Virus record (IMG/VR): IMGVR_UViG_3300032373_001207
Coordinates: 1 to 51,874 of that record
DNA from: a virus
Lineage: Duplodnaviria > Caudoviricetes
DNA length: 51,874 bases
Strand: one strand, 5' to 3'
This document shows positions 17,680-27,380 of the stretch, one piece after another; position 1 is the first letter of the stretch, and the number at the start of each line of letters is the position of its first letter. A program made the position numbers and the translations under genes. A model generated the notes under the pieces. It was not told where the DNA came from. It made no database searches and worked only from the letters and a program-made list of their open reading frames with translations.

Positions 17680-18384
17680 ATGATCAGTGAGCCATTCCGT
17701 AAGCTCTTGAGCGCGGCCGTTTACAATCCCCATGCCGTGGAAAAGCGCATGAAGGAGCTGGAGCTGCACCTTGTCAGCCAGCACGAGAAGGGGACCGACG
17801 ACTCCCTGTTGCCGTTCATTGCGGCCCTGGAGGTGGAGATCGAACGCTTTGAACGTCATCAAGCCGATAAGGCCCAGGACCCGAACGGGCCTACTCGGGA
17901 GACCGTGCGTCATCTGCGGGATGATCCAGTGGTGATGTTGCTTAAGCGGGGTACCATTAACAAGGAAGACGAAAAGACCATACAGGAGGTCCGCGAGCTG
18001 CGCGGAAAGCTGACCCAGGGCCTTACACCCGGCGGGGGCGGGCAGGGTGAAAAGGTGGATACCAGCGCCAGGACCTTCACTCACCCCATCGAACGCCTGA
18101 ACGCGCGCCAGGATAAGCTTTACGTCCACGTCTACAAACCCTGGGCCGACGCTGTGAGTAAGGACGGTATCCGCTTAGGCGAGCGGGGCAGGGAACTGGA
18201 CCTCAATCCGTTTAACCTGGTGGTGAACGTCATCGAGGACGGAATCCCCCTAAGGCGGCTGGAAACGCAGCACAAGGTTACAACGGGGGCGCTGTCTCAG
18301 CCATTCGTCAGCGCCGTTCGGGATTTTGCCCATCGCCTGAAAATTGCCGAGGATGAGGGCAAGGTGCCAAGGGGGAGGGGATGA
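17680..18384 (+). CDS. Putative late-gene regulator/antiterminator
   Basis: Position of lambdoid Q; C-terminal HTH-like segment; followed by a promoter-terminator pair. Confidence 0.5.
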   Translation: MISEPFRKLLSAAVYNPHAVEKRMKELELHLVSQHEKGTDDSLLPFIAALEVEIERFERHQADKAQDPNGPTRETVRHLRDDPVVMLLKRGTINKEDEKTIQEVRELRGKLTQGLTPGGGGQGEKVDTSARTFTHPIERLNARQDKLYVHVYKPWADAVSKDGIRLGERGRELDLNPFNLVVNVIEDGIPLRRLETQHKVTTGALSQPFVSAVRDFAHRLKIAEDEGKVPRGRG

Positions 18385-18698
18385 GCCTTCAGCACAAACT
18401 AATGTTCGGAGACCCCATAGCGCCATGGCATCTCTGGTTCGCGTGGCGACCGGTAAAAACATGGGACGGTCGATGGTGCTGGTTCTCCGTCACCAAGCGC
18501 CGCATGATTCAAAGCCATGATTATCTGTCTGGCCCTTCCATGAGGTGGTGGGAATATGAGATTGAAGATGGCTATGCTTTGGATGTGCAGGAAAATCCCA
18601 CCCTTGATGAGCGCAGCTTGCATATGCGAGAAGTCTTAGACCGTGTACCTCTGGCACCACATCTACCCGATGAAAACGAAACGGGAACAACCCCTTGA
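18381..18698 (+). CDS. Hypothetical Trp-rich phage protein
   Basis: WHLWFAWRPVKTWDGRWCW motif. Confidence 0.65.
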   Translation: MSLQHKLMFGDPIAPWHLWFAWRPVKTWDGRWCWFSVTKRRMIQSHDYLSGPSMRWWEYEIEDGYALDVQENPTLDERSLHMREVLDRVPLAPHLPDENETGTTP

Positions 18699-18723
18699 CT
18701 TCAGAACCGACTTAGGGTAGTAA
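18695..18723 (+). promoter_or_regulatory. Candidate late promoter
   Basis: TTGACT at 18695, TAGTAA 17 bp downstream. Confidence 0.45.
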
Positions 18724-18749
18724 ATAGGCCTACTAGAAATTGCGCCTAC

Positions 18750-18780
18750 AGCCCGCCCGGACCCTCCGCGGCGGGCTTTT
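18750..18780 (+). terminator. Intrinsic terminator
   Basis: AGCCCGCC...GGCGGGCT TTT. Confidence 0.7.
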
Positions 18781-18878
18781 CCGTGGAAAATTCACCATGT
18801 ACCGCATCTTCATCACACTTGGCCTATGGGCCCTGGTGGCGTGCAGCGCGTGGCATAGGGTTAGGCGGAGGCACCGGC

Positions 18879-19091
18879 ATGTCTAATAAGTACGTTCCTA
18901 TCGCTAGCGCACCCCAAAGCGCAAGTGCCGCACGGTACAGCGAGGATGTATGTGGTGACGTCATGGACGACAGCATCACCGTGTTTGATGAGGTCCAAGA
19001 ACCGATATGGACAGGACTTGTTGATCAGCACGGCGTGGACCTCTACCGCGTAACTGATCGCCTTCCCATGGGCTTCCGAGTGAAATCATAA
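18879..19091 (+). CDS. Small hypothetical phage protein
   Basis: GGAGG RBS; TGLVDQHGVDLYR...MGF. Confidence 0.7.
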   Translation: MSNKYVPIASAPQSASAARYSEDVCGDVMDDSITVFDEVQEPIWTGLVDQHGVDLYRVTDRLPMGFRVKS

Positions 19092-19274
19092 AAGCACCCT
19101 TACGGCTCAGGACGGTGCAGCCGATAAATCCGCATCGACCTCCTCCCATTCACGCGATCCCCCATCGCGAAGACCGAAACAGAGTGTGAAGCCGACCCTG
19201 CTGGGGGGTAGGACGGCGGAACCGCGGGCGGAGCTGGGAAACTGGCTCCGCCCTGCCTATTCCTGAGAGGGCTT

Positions 19275-19721
19275 ATGGCCGGAAACAAGCTTACCCCTAA
19301 GCAAGAAGCCTTTTGCCTAGCCTATATAGAAACGGGTAACGCCAGCGAGGCGTATCGTCGCTCGTATTCAGCAGAGAAGATGAAAGACGCGACGGTTCAT
19401 CGGGCAGCGAAGGAATTGTTTGATAACCCCAAGATCACCGCAAGGCTTGTTGAACTTCAGGCCCACCATCAAGAGCGCCACGATGTAACCGTGGATAGTC
19501 TGACCGAGGAGTATGAAGAAGCTCGTGAGATGGCGAGGGTTTTGGAGATGCCGTCGGCCATGGTTCAGGCCACAACAGGCAAAGGCCGTGTGCATGGGCT
19601 GGTAACAAACAAAAACGAGATCACGGGCAAGAATGGCGGCCCCATCGAAATTAAAGACAAAACACCGGCTGCGGTGAAAACCGCGCTAGACGCGATATTC
19701 CAGCGCAATGCCAGTACCTAA
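19275..19721 (+). CDS. terS: Terminase small subunit
   Basis: LTPKQEAFCLAYIETGNASEAYRRSY; EITGKNGGPIE. Confidence 0.92.
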   Translation: MAGNKLTPKQEAFCLAYIETGNASEAYRRSYSAEKMKDATVHRAAKELFDNPKITARLVELQAHHQERHDVTVDSLTEEYEEAREMARVLEMPSAMVQATTGKGRVHGLVTNKNEITGKNGGPIEIKDKTPAAVKTALDAIFQRNAST

Positions 19722-21381
19722 CGTTCTGCCGCTAGAACGACTGGCGGCTATTCAGTTTTACGAAGACACGCTGGTCGATGCGGTAAAGCTTGATCAAAAA
19801 GCGGCCGAGGCTGAGGAAAGCACAGGGGAATACTCGTATCTGGAGCGCACACAGCGGCGGCTTTCCAGAAATGATCTATTTTACCTTCTGACGGTTTCCC
19901 TCAATCGGTCAGATATCAACGAAGACTGGCTCTTCGAGCGATGCCGAGAGGTTCAGGCAGACCCGAACGGGTGCTTGGACCTGTGGGCCCGAGAGCACTA
20001 CAAATCAACGATCATCACCTTTGGGCTCAGCATCCAGGACATCCTAGCCAGCCACGGTGATGACCCGGAGCCCAGATATGACGGCCGTGAAGTCACCATT
20101 GGTATCTTTAGCCACACCAAGGGCATTGCAACAGGCTTTCTGGACCAAATCAAAAACGAGTTCGAAACCAACACGGTCCTTCAAAAGCTGTTTCCAGACG
20201 TTCTGTATGAGCGGCCCAGAAGCCAGGCACCGTCATGGAGCAAGAGCGAAGGGATAACCGTTAAGCGGGCGTCAAACCCCAAGGAGTCAACGGTTGAGGC
20301 CTGGGGCCTCGTCGACGGGCAGCCAACTGGAAAGCACTTCTTCATCCTTAACTACGATGACGTGGTGACGGAAGAATCAGTCGGCACGCCGGATCAGATC
20401 GCCAAGACCACAAAATCATGGGAATTGTCCACCAACCTGGGCACGGAAGGTGGCTGGGACCGATACGTCGGCACCCGCTATCACCAATTCGACAGTTACC
20501 AAGAGATGATCGACCGCGGCTCGGTCAAGGTTCGGCTGCACCCTTGCACATTGGACGGGTCTGAAGACTTTTCGCCTGATAACTGTGCGTTAAGATCGCC
20601 TGAGTTTCTCATGAAACGCCGCAAGGATCAGGGTCCATACACCTTTGGGGCTCAAATGCTCTTGGACCCTACAGCGGACAGCGCTCAGGGCTTTAACGAA
20701 GACTGGCTCCAATATTGGCCTGCGGAACATGCGAAGGGCATGAACGTCTACATCCTTGTGGATCCGTCCAGTGGGCGAAAGATCAAAGAAGCTGGCGGCG
20801 GTGGAAGAACCGCAGCCGGACAGGAACAGAAGAACACGAACCTTGATTACACCGTCATGGAAGTCGTTGGGCTCGGCCCAGACGGGAATTACTACACCCT
20901 CGACCGTATACGGGACCGGTTGAGCCTCACAGAACGGGCAACAACGCTATTTCAGCTCCATCGGGACTGGAAACCTCTCAAGATCGGCTATCAACGTTAC
21001 GGGCTAGAAGCCGACATCGAGCACATTGAGCATCTGCAAAAAGAGCAGAACTACCGCTTCACCATAGAGCCAGTAGGCAGTCCGCTTTCTAAATCTGACC
21101 GTATCAAGCGCCTGATCCCAATTTACGAAGGGGGCAGGTGGTTTGAACCGGAAAGCATCATCCGCAATGACTGGGAAGGGAAGGCCGTCAATCTGACGAA
21201 GACCTTCATCCGCGAAGAGTACACGGCATTCCCAGTGTGCAAGCACGACGACGTCCTCGACTGCAAGGCCACCATCCTGGACTTACCTGATCTGGTATGG
21301 CCCAAGCCGCAGAACGAGGGCGACACAACGCCGGCATGGATGAAGCGCATGAAGAAAAAGCGGTCCTGGCAGGCCAGTTAA
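19708..21381 (+). CDS. terL: Terminase large subunit
   Basis: AREHYKSTI Walker A-like, YDDVV Walker B, VGTRYH, ILVDPS and HDDVLD nuclease motifs. Confidence 0.9.
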   Translation: MPVPNVLPLERLAAIQFYEDTLVDAVKLDQKAAEAEESTGEYSYLERTQRRLSRNDLFYLLTVSLNRSDINEDWLFERCREVQADPNGCLDLWAREHYKSTIITFGLSIQDILASHGDDPEPRYDGREVTIGIFSHTKGIATGFLDQIKNEFETNTVLQKLFPDVLYERPRSQAPSWSKSEGITVKRASNPKESTVEAWGLVDGQPTGKHFFILNYDDVVTEESVGTPDQIAKTTKSWELSTNLGTEGGWDRYVGTRYHQFDSYQEMIDRGSVKVRLHPCTLDGSEDFSPDNCALRSPEFLMKRRKDQGPYTFGAQMLLDPTADSAQGFNEDWLQYWPAEHAKGMNVYILVDPSSGRKIKEAGGGGRTAAGQEQKNTNLDYTVMEVVGLGPDGNYYTLDRIRDRLSLTERATTLFQLHRDWKPLKIGYQRYGLEADIEHIEHLQKEQNYRFTIEPVGSPLSKSDRIKRLIPIYEGGRWFEPESIIRNDWEGKAVNLTKTFIREEYTAFPVCKHDDVLDCKATILDLPDLVWPKPQNEGDTTPAWMKRMKKKRSWQAS

Positions 21382-21399
21382 AATCCGAGGAGCCCGTAC

Positions 21400-21714
21400 A
21401 TGGATACATCGACCGTTGTTGCAATCATCGGCCTCGCCACAACTCTCATGCTCGGCCAGTTCGCCATGTGGCGGTGGTTGGTCACGAAACTACGTGAAGA
21501 TCGCGCGGCCGCAGCGCAAAGCAGCAATGAGCTTCATAAACGCATCGACGACGTAAAAGACAATTACGTCAGACGTGACGATTTAATGCAGCACATATCA
21601 CGCATTGAATCAGGCCAGGCCCAACATTCGTCACTGCTTCAGGCTGGGCTAGAACGCATCAATGGGCGCATCGACTCCTTAGTGGGTACAGCAAGCACGG
21701 AAAAGGCGGGTTAA
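21400..21714 (+). CDS. Membrane-anchored coiled-coil protein (possible holin or lysis accessory)
   Basis: N-terminal TM helix; KRIDDVKDNYVRRDD. Confidence 0.6.
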   Translation: MDTSTVVAIIGLATTLMLGQFAMWRWLVTKLREDRAAAAQSSNELHKRIDDVKDNYVRRDDLMQHISRIESGQAQHSSLLQAGLERINGRIDSLVGTASTEKAG

Positions 21715-21717
21715 GCC

Positions 21718-23706
21718 ATGGTGTACGGTCCCCTCAGCGCTCGTAAGCCGCTACCTAAGCAGGACTGGAAAACCATCTTGTTGATGAGCGACCGCTTTGA
21801 GCGGGACGCCGCCGCACATTCAACGTGGGCAGAAGTGGCCAAGAGATGCACCGAGTACCTTGAAGGCAAGCAATGGACCGCAGATGCTCTGAAAGAGCTG
21901 GCAGACGATGGCAGGCCTGCACTGACCTTCAACAAGATCGCTCCTCTGGTCCGGGTCGTTATGGGCTACTTCTCGAATAACCGCACCGATGAAAAGTTCC
22001 TACCAGACCACGATGAAAGCTCTACCGCAGCTATAGCTCAGGCCCTAACCAAGACGTCCAAGCAGATGTCGGAAAGCAGCCAGCAGCCATACGTGGACAC
22101 AGAGGTGTTCTTGGATGGCCTTATCGGCGGCCGCGGCTATTACGACTGGCGCCTTGATTTTGAAGAGAACGAGCTGGGCGAAGCCAAATGCCAAGCCTTG
22201 GACCCGTTCTCAACCTATCTGGACTGTGACGGAGATCAATACGACATCAACAAATCGAGCCGGGTGACAACGAGCCGGTGGGGCTCAATCGAAGACCTGG
22301 AGGCTTTGTACGGTGCAGTCATCCGTAAGCTTGTCGAACCATTGGTCCTGGGCGGTGGATATGCTGGCATGCCGGCAGCCGTGTCCCAGTACATCAACGA
22401 AGAAATCACCCCATGGCGCACGTTCGGCGGTGATAGCGAAGATCAGAAGTTTGGGTATGGCAGTGCAGGGTCCTTTGAAGGGTTCATGCACAACCACATC
22501 GACCCGACCCGCAAGAACATCCGCATCATTGATCAGCAGCACTACAAGCGCGTGAAGACACGCATGGTCATCGACTTGGATACAGGCTTACAGAAGGCGC
22601 TTCCCGAGCACTGGAAGTACGAGAGGATCGAGAAGTTCTTGGAGTGGCAGGAAGCCAGGTTCGCATCCCTGGGCAAGGTCTCACCGATCCGTTACGACGA
22701 GCGCGTCATTCGCCGGGTACGTTGGACCACCCTGGTTGGTGACATCATCGTTCATGATGCTTGGTCACCGTATAAGACCTTTACCATTCAACCGTTCTTC
22801 CCGTATTTCCGCAGGGGCAAGACGCGGGGCATGGTCGAGGATCTACTTGATCCACAGCAGGAGATCAACAAGCGCCGCAGCTCTCAGATCGACATCATCT
22901 CACGCACCGCCAATGGTGGATGGCAAATCCACGAAGATGGCGTCAGCGAGGAAGAAATGGAGAACTGGGAGAACAATTCATCTTCCCCAGGCTTCATCGG
23001 AAAATGGAAAGGCGAAGCGCACAAGCAGCCAAAACAGATTGGCCCCGCTGGCTCGCCGGTCGATCATGAACGCCTAGAGATGAAGTCCACCGATGACCTG
23101 AAGGAAATCTCAGGCATCAACGATTCAATGCTAGGGCAGCTTGACCGGGTCCAGTCCGGCAAGGCTCTCATCGAGCGCCAACGTGGCGGTGTTCTCTCCA
23201 TCCAGCAATACATGACCAACATGAGCCGCACCAAGGAGCTGGTCGGTCGCAAGAAGCTTGAGTTGATCCAGAACCATTACACCGAACAGCGGTTGGTCCG
23301 CACCCTGGGTGAAGATGGTTCGCAGGACAGCCTGAAGATCAACGAGAAGTCATCCACCGGTGAAATTCTCAACAACGTCACCATCGGTAAGTATTCAATC
23401 AGCATCGACGAAACTCCGCTGTCGGCCTCATTCGTGTCGGCTCAGTTCGAGGAACTGATGGAACTGATCGAGAAGCAAGTCATCCCAGTCGAGGCCGTCA
23501 TGGACGTGGCGGTAGAGCTGTCCAGCATTCCACAAAAGGCCGTGGTCAAAGAACGTGTCCAGGCCTTCATGACTAATCAGGGCATTCCCACCGGTGATGA
23601 GATTATGACACCAGGTGCAGCCCCGGCAGCGCCAAGTCAAGAACTTGCTCCAGGCTTGGCTGATATGGGCAATGGCCAACAGGCTCCCAGCACTGGGCCA
23701 GCGTAA
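21718..23706 (+). CDS. Portal protein, P22-like
   Basis: GKQW...GRPALTFNKIAP; RGMVEDLLDPQQEINKRRS; SGKALIERQ. Confidence 0.9.
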   Translation: MVYGPLSARKPLPKQDWKTILLMSDRFERDAAAHSTWAEVAKRCTEYLEGKQWTADALKELADDGRPALTFNKIAPLVRVVMGYFSNNRTDEKFLPDHDESSTAAIAQALTKTSKQMSESSQQPYVDTEVFLDGLIGGRGYYDWRLDFEENELGEAKCQALDPFSTYLDCDGDQYDINKSSRVTTSRWGSIEDLEALYGAVIRKLVEPLVLGGGYAGMPAAVSQYINEEITPWRTFGGDSEDQKFGYGSAGSFEGFMHNHIDPTRKNIRIIDQQHYKRVKTRMVIDLDTGLQKALPEHWKYERIEKFLEWQEARFASLGKVSPIRYDERVIRRVRWTTLVGDIIVHDAWSPYKTFTIQPFFPYFRRGKTRGMVEDLLDPQQEINKRRSSQIDIISRTANGGWQIHEDGVSEEEMENWENNSSSPGFIGKWKGEAHKQPKQIGPAGSPVDHERLEMKSTDDLKEISGINDSMLGQLDRVQSGKALIERQRGGVLSIQQYMTNMSRTKELVGRKKLELIQNHYTEQRLVRTLGEDGSQDSLKINEKSSTGEILNNVTIGKYSISIDETPLSASFVSAQFEELMELIEKQVIPVEAVMDVAVELSSIPQKAVVKERVQAFMTNQGIPTGDEIMTPGAAPAAPSQELAPGLADMGNGQQAPSTGPA

Positions 23707-23726
23707 CAAGTAAAGGAAGACACCTC

Positions 23727-24275
23727 ATGGACCCCAAGGATGTTGCCCCCTCAATTATCCTGCCATCTGAATTCAATGAGACTGAAGACCGCATCTCAGG
23801 CGGAACGCACAAGCTCAAGGATGAATGGCTTTCGTCGCGCCTCGTGGCTTGGCTCTACGCAGAGTCCGGGGCTAAGTGCTGGGCGTGCATGCTGCTCAGC
23901 AGTGGCAAGTGGCATTACTGGGTGAAAGAAGCGGAGCAGGGCATAACACCGCCAAATTCACACAAGCGTGATTATGCCCGCAGCGTCGTTCGTTACCTCA
24001 ACAAGCACCTGCATTTTGATGGTGCCTGGGTTGGGGGCTGGATGGATGACGGCTGGAAGCGCTTCTATCTGGTGTGGAAGGACAAAGACGGAGATATCCA
24101 GTTCCCCATCGACACGGCCGGCGAAGTCCGCTGGAACGATCTGAAGGACTGGCCCATGGACGTATGGGGCAATCACGCCACCCAAGCTTTTGAGCAATGG
24201 TGTCACGCCATGGAAACCATCGGCGCCACCCCTGACCAGCAACTGAAATTGGCCCAAGGTCAAACCCGACACTGA
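23727..24275 (+). CDS. Hypothetical protein
   Basis: AAGGA RBS; long ORF in the late operon. Confidence 0.75.
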   Translation: MDPKDVAPSIILPSEFNETEDRISGGTHKLKDEWLSSRLVAWLYAESGAKCWACMLLSSGKWHYWVKEAEQGITPPNSHKRDYARSVVRYLNKHLHFDGAWVGGWMDDGWKRFYLVWKDKDGDIQFPIDTAGEVRWNDLKDWPMDVWGNHATQAFEQWCHAMETIGATPDQQLKLAQGQTRH

Positions 24276-24292
24276 AAAAGGCTCCCCCAGCC

Positions 24293-24469
24293 ATGATGCA
24301 ACACCCAGCCATTGAGCAAACCGTCAACCGAGCCATCGTACAAACCCTGATCGAGAAGACGACGCCTATAGATACCGTGAAACTCATGGGACCTATCCCC
24401 ATCGAAATTGCTCTCGGTGTTCTGTTTAACAGGCGTCATCTGATCATCCACAACGGAGAACAGTCATGA
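24293..24469 (+). CDS. 58-aa hypothetical protein (not in ORF track)
   Basis: MMQHPAIEQTV...GEQS; ATGA overlap with next gene. Confidence 0.45.
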   Translation: MMQHPAIEQTVNRAIVQTLIEKTTPIDTVKLMGPIPIEIALGVLFNRRHLIIHNGEQS

Positions 24470-24846
24470 ACCCCAGCATCACATCAGCCCTGATCCACAG
24501 CCCCAAGCACAAGAACGCAATCATTGTGGCCCTGGCTCAGATTGCCGACACCGACATCACCGGTGCTGCCACCGTCGTTAAACGCAAATGCGAAGAGCTC
24601 CGCATTGCAGACTTCCCGAACCCGTTTCCTCATGGGTCGGATGATCGGGCTGAATGGGACTCTGTATGGCACCCAGCCGAAGCTGAAGACCCTGCGTTCG
24701 AGCTCATCGACTATGACGCCATGAGCAAAAATGAAATCGCTCAGCTCGTGAAAAAGCGCATGAACGTCAATATTGCCACATGGAGCACCAAGCCCGCGGT
24801 CATCGCGCGTGCCAAGAGCCTGCTCAGTCAGGCTGCGCAACAGTAA
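24466..24846 (+). CDS. Hypothetical protein
   Basis: GGAG RBS; followed by terminator. Confidence 0.75.
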   Translation: MNPSITSALIHSPKHKNAIIVALAQIADTDITGAATVVKRKCEELRIADFPNPFPHGSDDRAEWDSVWHPAEAEDPAFELIDYDAMSKNEIAQLVKKRMNVNIATWSTKPAVIARAKSLLSQAAQQ

Positions 24847-24889
24847 ACCAAGTTTTCACAGGTCCGCCTTAACGGGCGGAACGTGATTG

Positions 24890-24914
24890 AGGCTGCTTTC
24901 GAGCGGCCTTTTTT
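24890..24914 (+). terminator. Intrinsic terminator
   Basis: AGGCTGCT-TTCG-AGCGGCCT-TTTTT. Confidence 0.8.
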
Positions 24915-25114
24915 GTTGGCCACGGTTCATGCCCGAGGTCAGCGCCCCAGTCGACGTGGGTAATCGGTCGTATCGGACGCTCTGACCGTATCAGGGCAAC
25001 CCCGGGGCCGGGGGTTAAGACCGTGGCCATTCGGCTCTTGTGACCGCATTCATAAGCACCGTCGCCGGGTGTCCCGGGCGTCTCGCCAGCTACCAAGCGA
25101 AGAGGTAGATACCA

Positions 25115-26200
25115 ATGACCGTTAAAGACGAAACTCAGCAGGACAAAAACCAAGAACCGCAGCCGGAACAGGTTGAGGAAGCGTTTACGACACCCGAAGA
25201 CGACGCCCATGAAGAGGCAGTACGTGAGCTTGAAGAAGCCGAGCGTGCGGCTGAAGAAGGGGACGACGACGGGGCCGCAGACAAAGCCGAAACCAAAGAG
25301 TTTGAGCAGGTGGCAGACGAAGCCGCAGGCGATGACAAAGCCGCAGGCGGGGAAGACCTCGATAAACCCGATGATGAAAAGGGTAAGACCGTCCCCCTGG
25401 CTGTTCTGAAGAAAGAACGCAAGGAACGCCAAACCCGGGAACGTGATCTTGAACTGCGTCTCGCACGTACGGAAGGACAGCTCGAAGCTACAAAGAGCAA
25501 TCCAACTGACACAGGTGAGCCGGAAGCCCCGCAGCAATCGGTGGAAGAGCAAATCGCGGACTTGAACGCCAAGGCAGACGAAGCCGCGGCACAGGTGGAT
25601 GAAGGCGAACTTACATTCGCTCAAGCCAACAAAATAGTCCGTGAAACCAATGAGCAAATTCAAACCCTCAAAGACCGCTCAGCTCAGCAGGCCCAGGATA
25701 GCCAACCAGCAACCTTGGACGTGCGTATCGAGGAAAACCTAGTCGAACTGGAAGGAAAGTATCCCGTCATTAAGACGCTCGGTGACGAGCAAATGGCGGA
25801 CTTTGTGAACCAGGCGTACCAGCAAGCCGAAGAGGAGGGTGAACCCATCCGAACCGGTGCCCTGGAAACCATGCGTCTTCACAACATGGCGGCTAAAGCT
25901 GCCCATGATCATTACGCCCAGTTCTACAAAACCGACCAACCGGTCACCCCGTCCTCTGAACAACCGTCTCCAGATGGTCAACCGTTGGGGAAAGAAGGCC
26001 TAAGCCCACAAGCGAAGGCGCGTGCCGACAAGATAGATCTTGCGGCCAATCACCCCCCCGACATCAACCAAATCGGCTCGTCTGCCGAAGGGACACTCAA
26101 CGACACGCAAATCCTCGCAAAGATGGAAGGTCTGAGCGAAGAAGAGCGTATCGAGTTCCTGGACAGCATGCCGGGTCTGGCTCAACGCCTCGGCGGTTAA
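25115..26200 (+). CDS. Capsid scaffolding protein
   Basis: Acidic coiled coil, TVPLAVLKKERKERQ; directly before the capsid gene. Confidence 0.8.
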   Translation: MTVKDETQQDKNQEPQPEQVEEAFTTPEDDAHEEAVRELEEAERAAEEGDDDGAADKAETKEFEQVADEAAGDDKAAGGEDLDKPDDEKGKTVPLAVLKKERKERQTRERDLELRLARTEGQLEATKSNPTDTGEPEAPQQSVEEQIADLNAKADEAAAQVDEGELTFAQANKIVRETNEQIQTLKDRSAQQAQDSQPATLDVRIEENLVELEGKYPVIKTLGDEQMADFVNQAYQQAEEEGEPIRTGALETMRLHNMAAKAAHDHYAQFYKTDQPVTPSSEQPSPDGQPLGKEGLSPQAKARADKIDLAANHPPDINQIGSSAEGTLNDTQILAKMEGLSEEERIEFLDSMPGLAQRLGG

Positions 26201-26236
26201 TCCTAATCGCCGGGACCCGTACAGGAGACACCAGAA

Positions 26237-27352
26237 ATGGCTGTAACTGATTTCGGCGCACTCTCTGACTTGCAGCGTACTGTGCAAGCCACGAGCGTAG
26301 CCAAGCAAGGACGTGACGAAAACTTCTTCATGTCCAATGCGTTCCTCGGCAAAAACACTGCCGATATGAACCGTCCTCTAATCCGTGTCACGGAGCTCAC
26401 CAAAGACGCCCGCGGCACCAAGGCAGTATTGCCATTGACCACCGACTTGACCGGTGGTGGCGTTGTTGGTGACAACATCTTGGAAGGTAACGAAGAAGCT
26501 CTCGTAGCTGACGCGCAGACCATCCAGATTGACCAACTGCGCAACGGCGTGCGCTCCAAGGGTAAAATGGCTGAGCAGGAAACGGTCATCCGCTTCCGTG
26601 CCACAGCAAAAGACGCCTTGGGCTTCTGGTTGGCTGACACCATCGACGAGCTGATGTTCCTGACCATCGCCGGTCGGGCCTATTCGCTCAACACCGATGG
26701 CTCGGCTCGTGATGCCAGCTCGCAGCTTCCACAACTGGGCTTCGCGTCCGATGTGGTCGCCGCGTCCACCAACCGTGTCATGTATGCCGGTGCTGCAACG
26801 TCTGAAGCGACTTTGACGGCCACCGACACCATGACCTGGGACTTGGTCACGGATATGAAGACGCACGCTAAGCGTAAGCGTATTCGTCCCATCCGCGCCG
26901 GTGGCAAGACGTACTACATCCTGGTTCTCAGCACCGAGCAGTGCCGCGATCTGGAAAAGACGTCGGACTACAAGACGTTGACCGCACAGGCTATGCCACG
27001 CGGCCTCAACAACCCGCTGTTCACCAACGCCAAGAAGGTGGTGAACGATGTTGTCATCTACGATCACCAGAAGGTCTACAACACCTTGGGCCTCGCTTCT
27101 GGCTCCAAGTGGGGCGCTTCTGGCACCGTCGATGGCGCGCAAGCATTCCTCATGGGTGCATGTGCCGCGGGCGCCGCAATGCTCGGCAACGTCGAGTGGG
27201 CGGAATCGGATAGCACCGATTACAAGAACCGTCCGGCTATTGGTACGGGTCGTATCATCGGCATGCTCAAACCGCAGTACAAGTCACGGTACGACGGCAA
27301 CACCACCGAAGATTACGGTTGTGTTTCGCTGAAGACCGCGGCCGCTGCTTAA
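26237..27352 (+). CDS. Major capsid protein (N4-gp56/DUF4043-like)
   Basis: GGGVVGDNILEGNEEAL...IQIDQLRNGV; NNPLF; AGGAG RBS. Confidence 0.88.
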   Translation: MAVTDFGALSDLQRTVQATSVAKQGRDENFFMSNAFLGKNTADMNRPLIRVTELTKDARGTKAVLPLTTDLTGGGVVGDNILEGNEEALVADAQTIQIDQLRNGVRSKGKMAEQETVIRFRATAKDALGFWLADTIDELMFLTIAGRAYSLNTDGSARDASSQLPQLGFASDVVAASTNRVMYAGAATSEATLTATDTMTWDLVTDMKTHAKRKRIRPIRAGGKTYYILVLSTEQCRDLEKTSDYKTLTAQAMPRGLNNPLFTNAKKVVNDVVIYDHQKVYNTLGLASGSKWGASGTVDGAQAFLMGACAAGAAMLGNVEWAESDSTDYKNRPAIGTGRIIGMLKPQYKSRYDGNTTEDYGCVSLKTAAAA

Positions 27353-27380
27353 CCCTCAGGACAGAAGGAAAAACTGAACG

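Noticed and set aside
18783-19274. tRNA genes in the late leader
   Set aside because: No cloverleaf with a T-loop GTTCRA found by eye
24260-24451. Antisense ORF opposite 24293..24469
   Set aside because: No clear RBS; the plus ORF is ATGA-coupled and suffices
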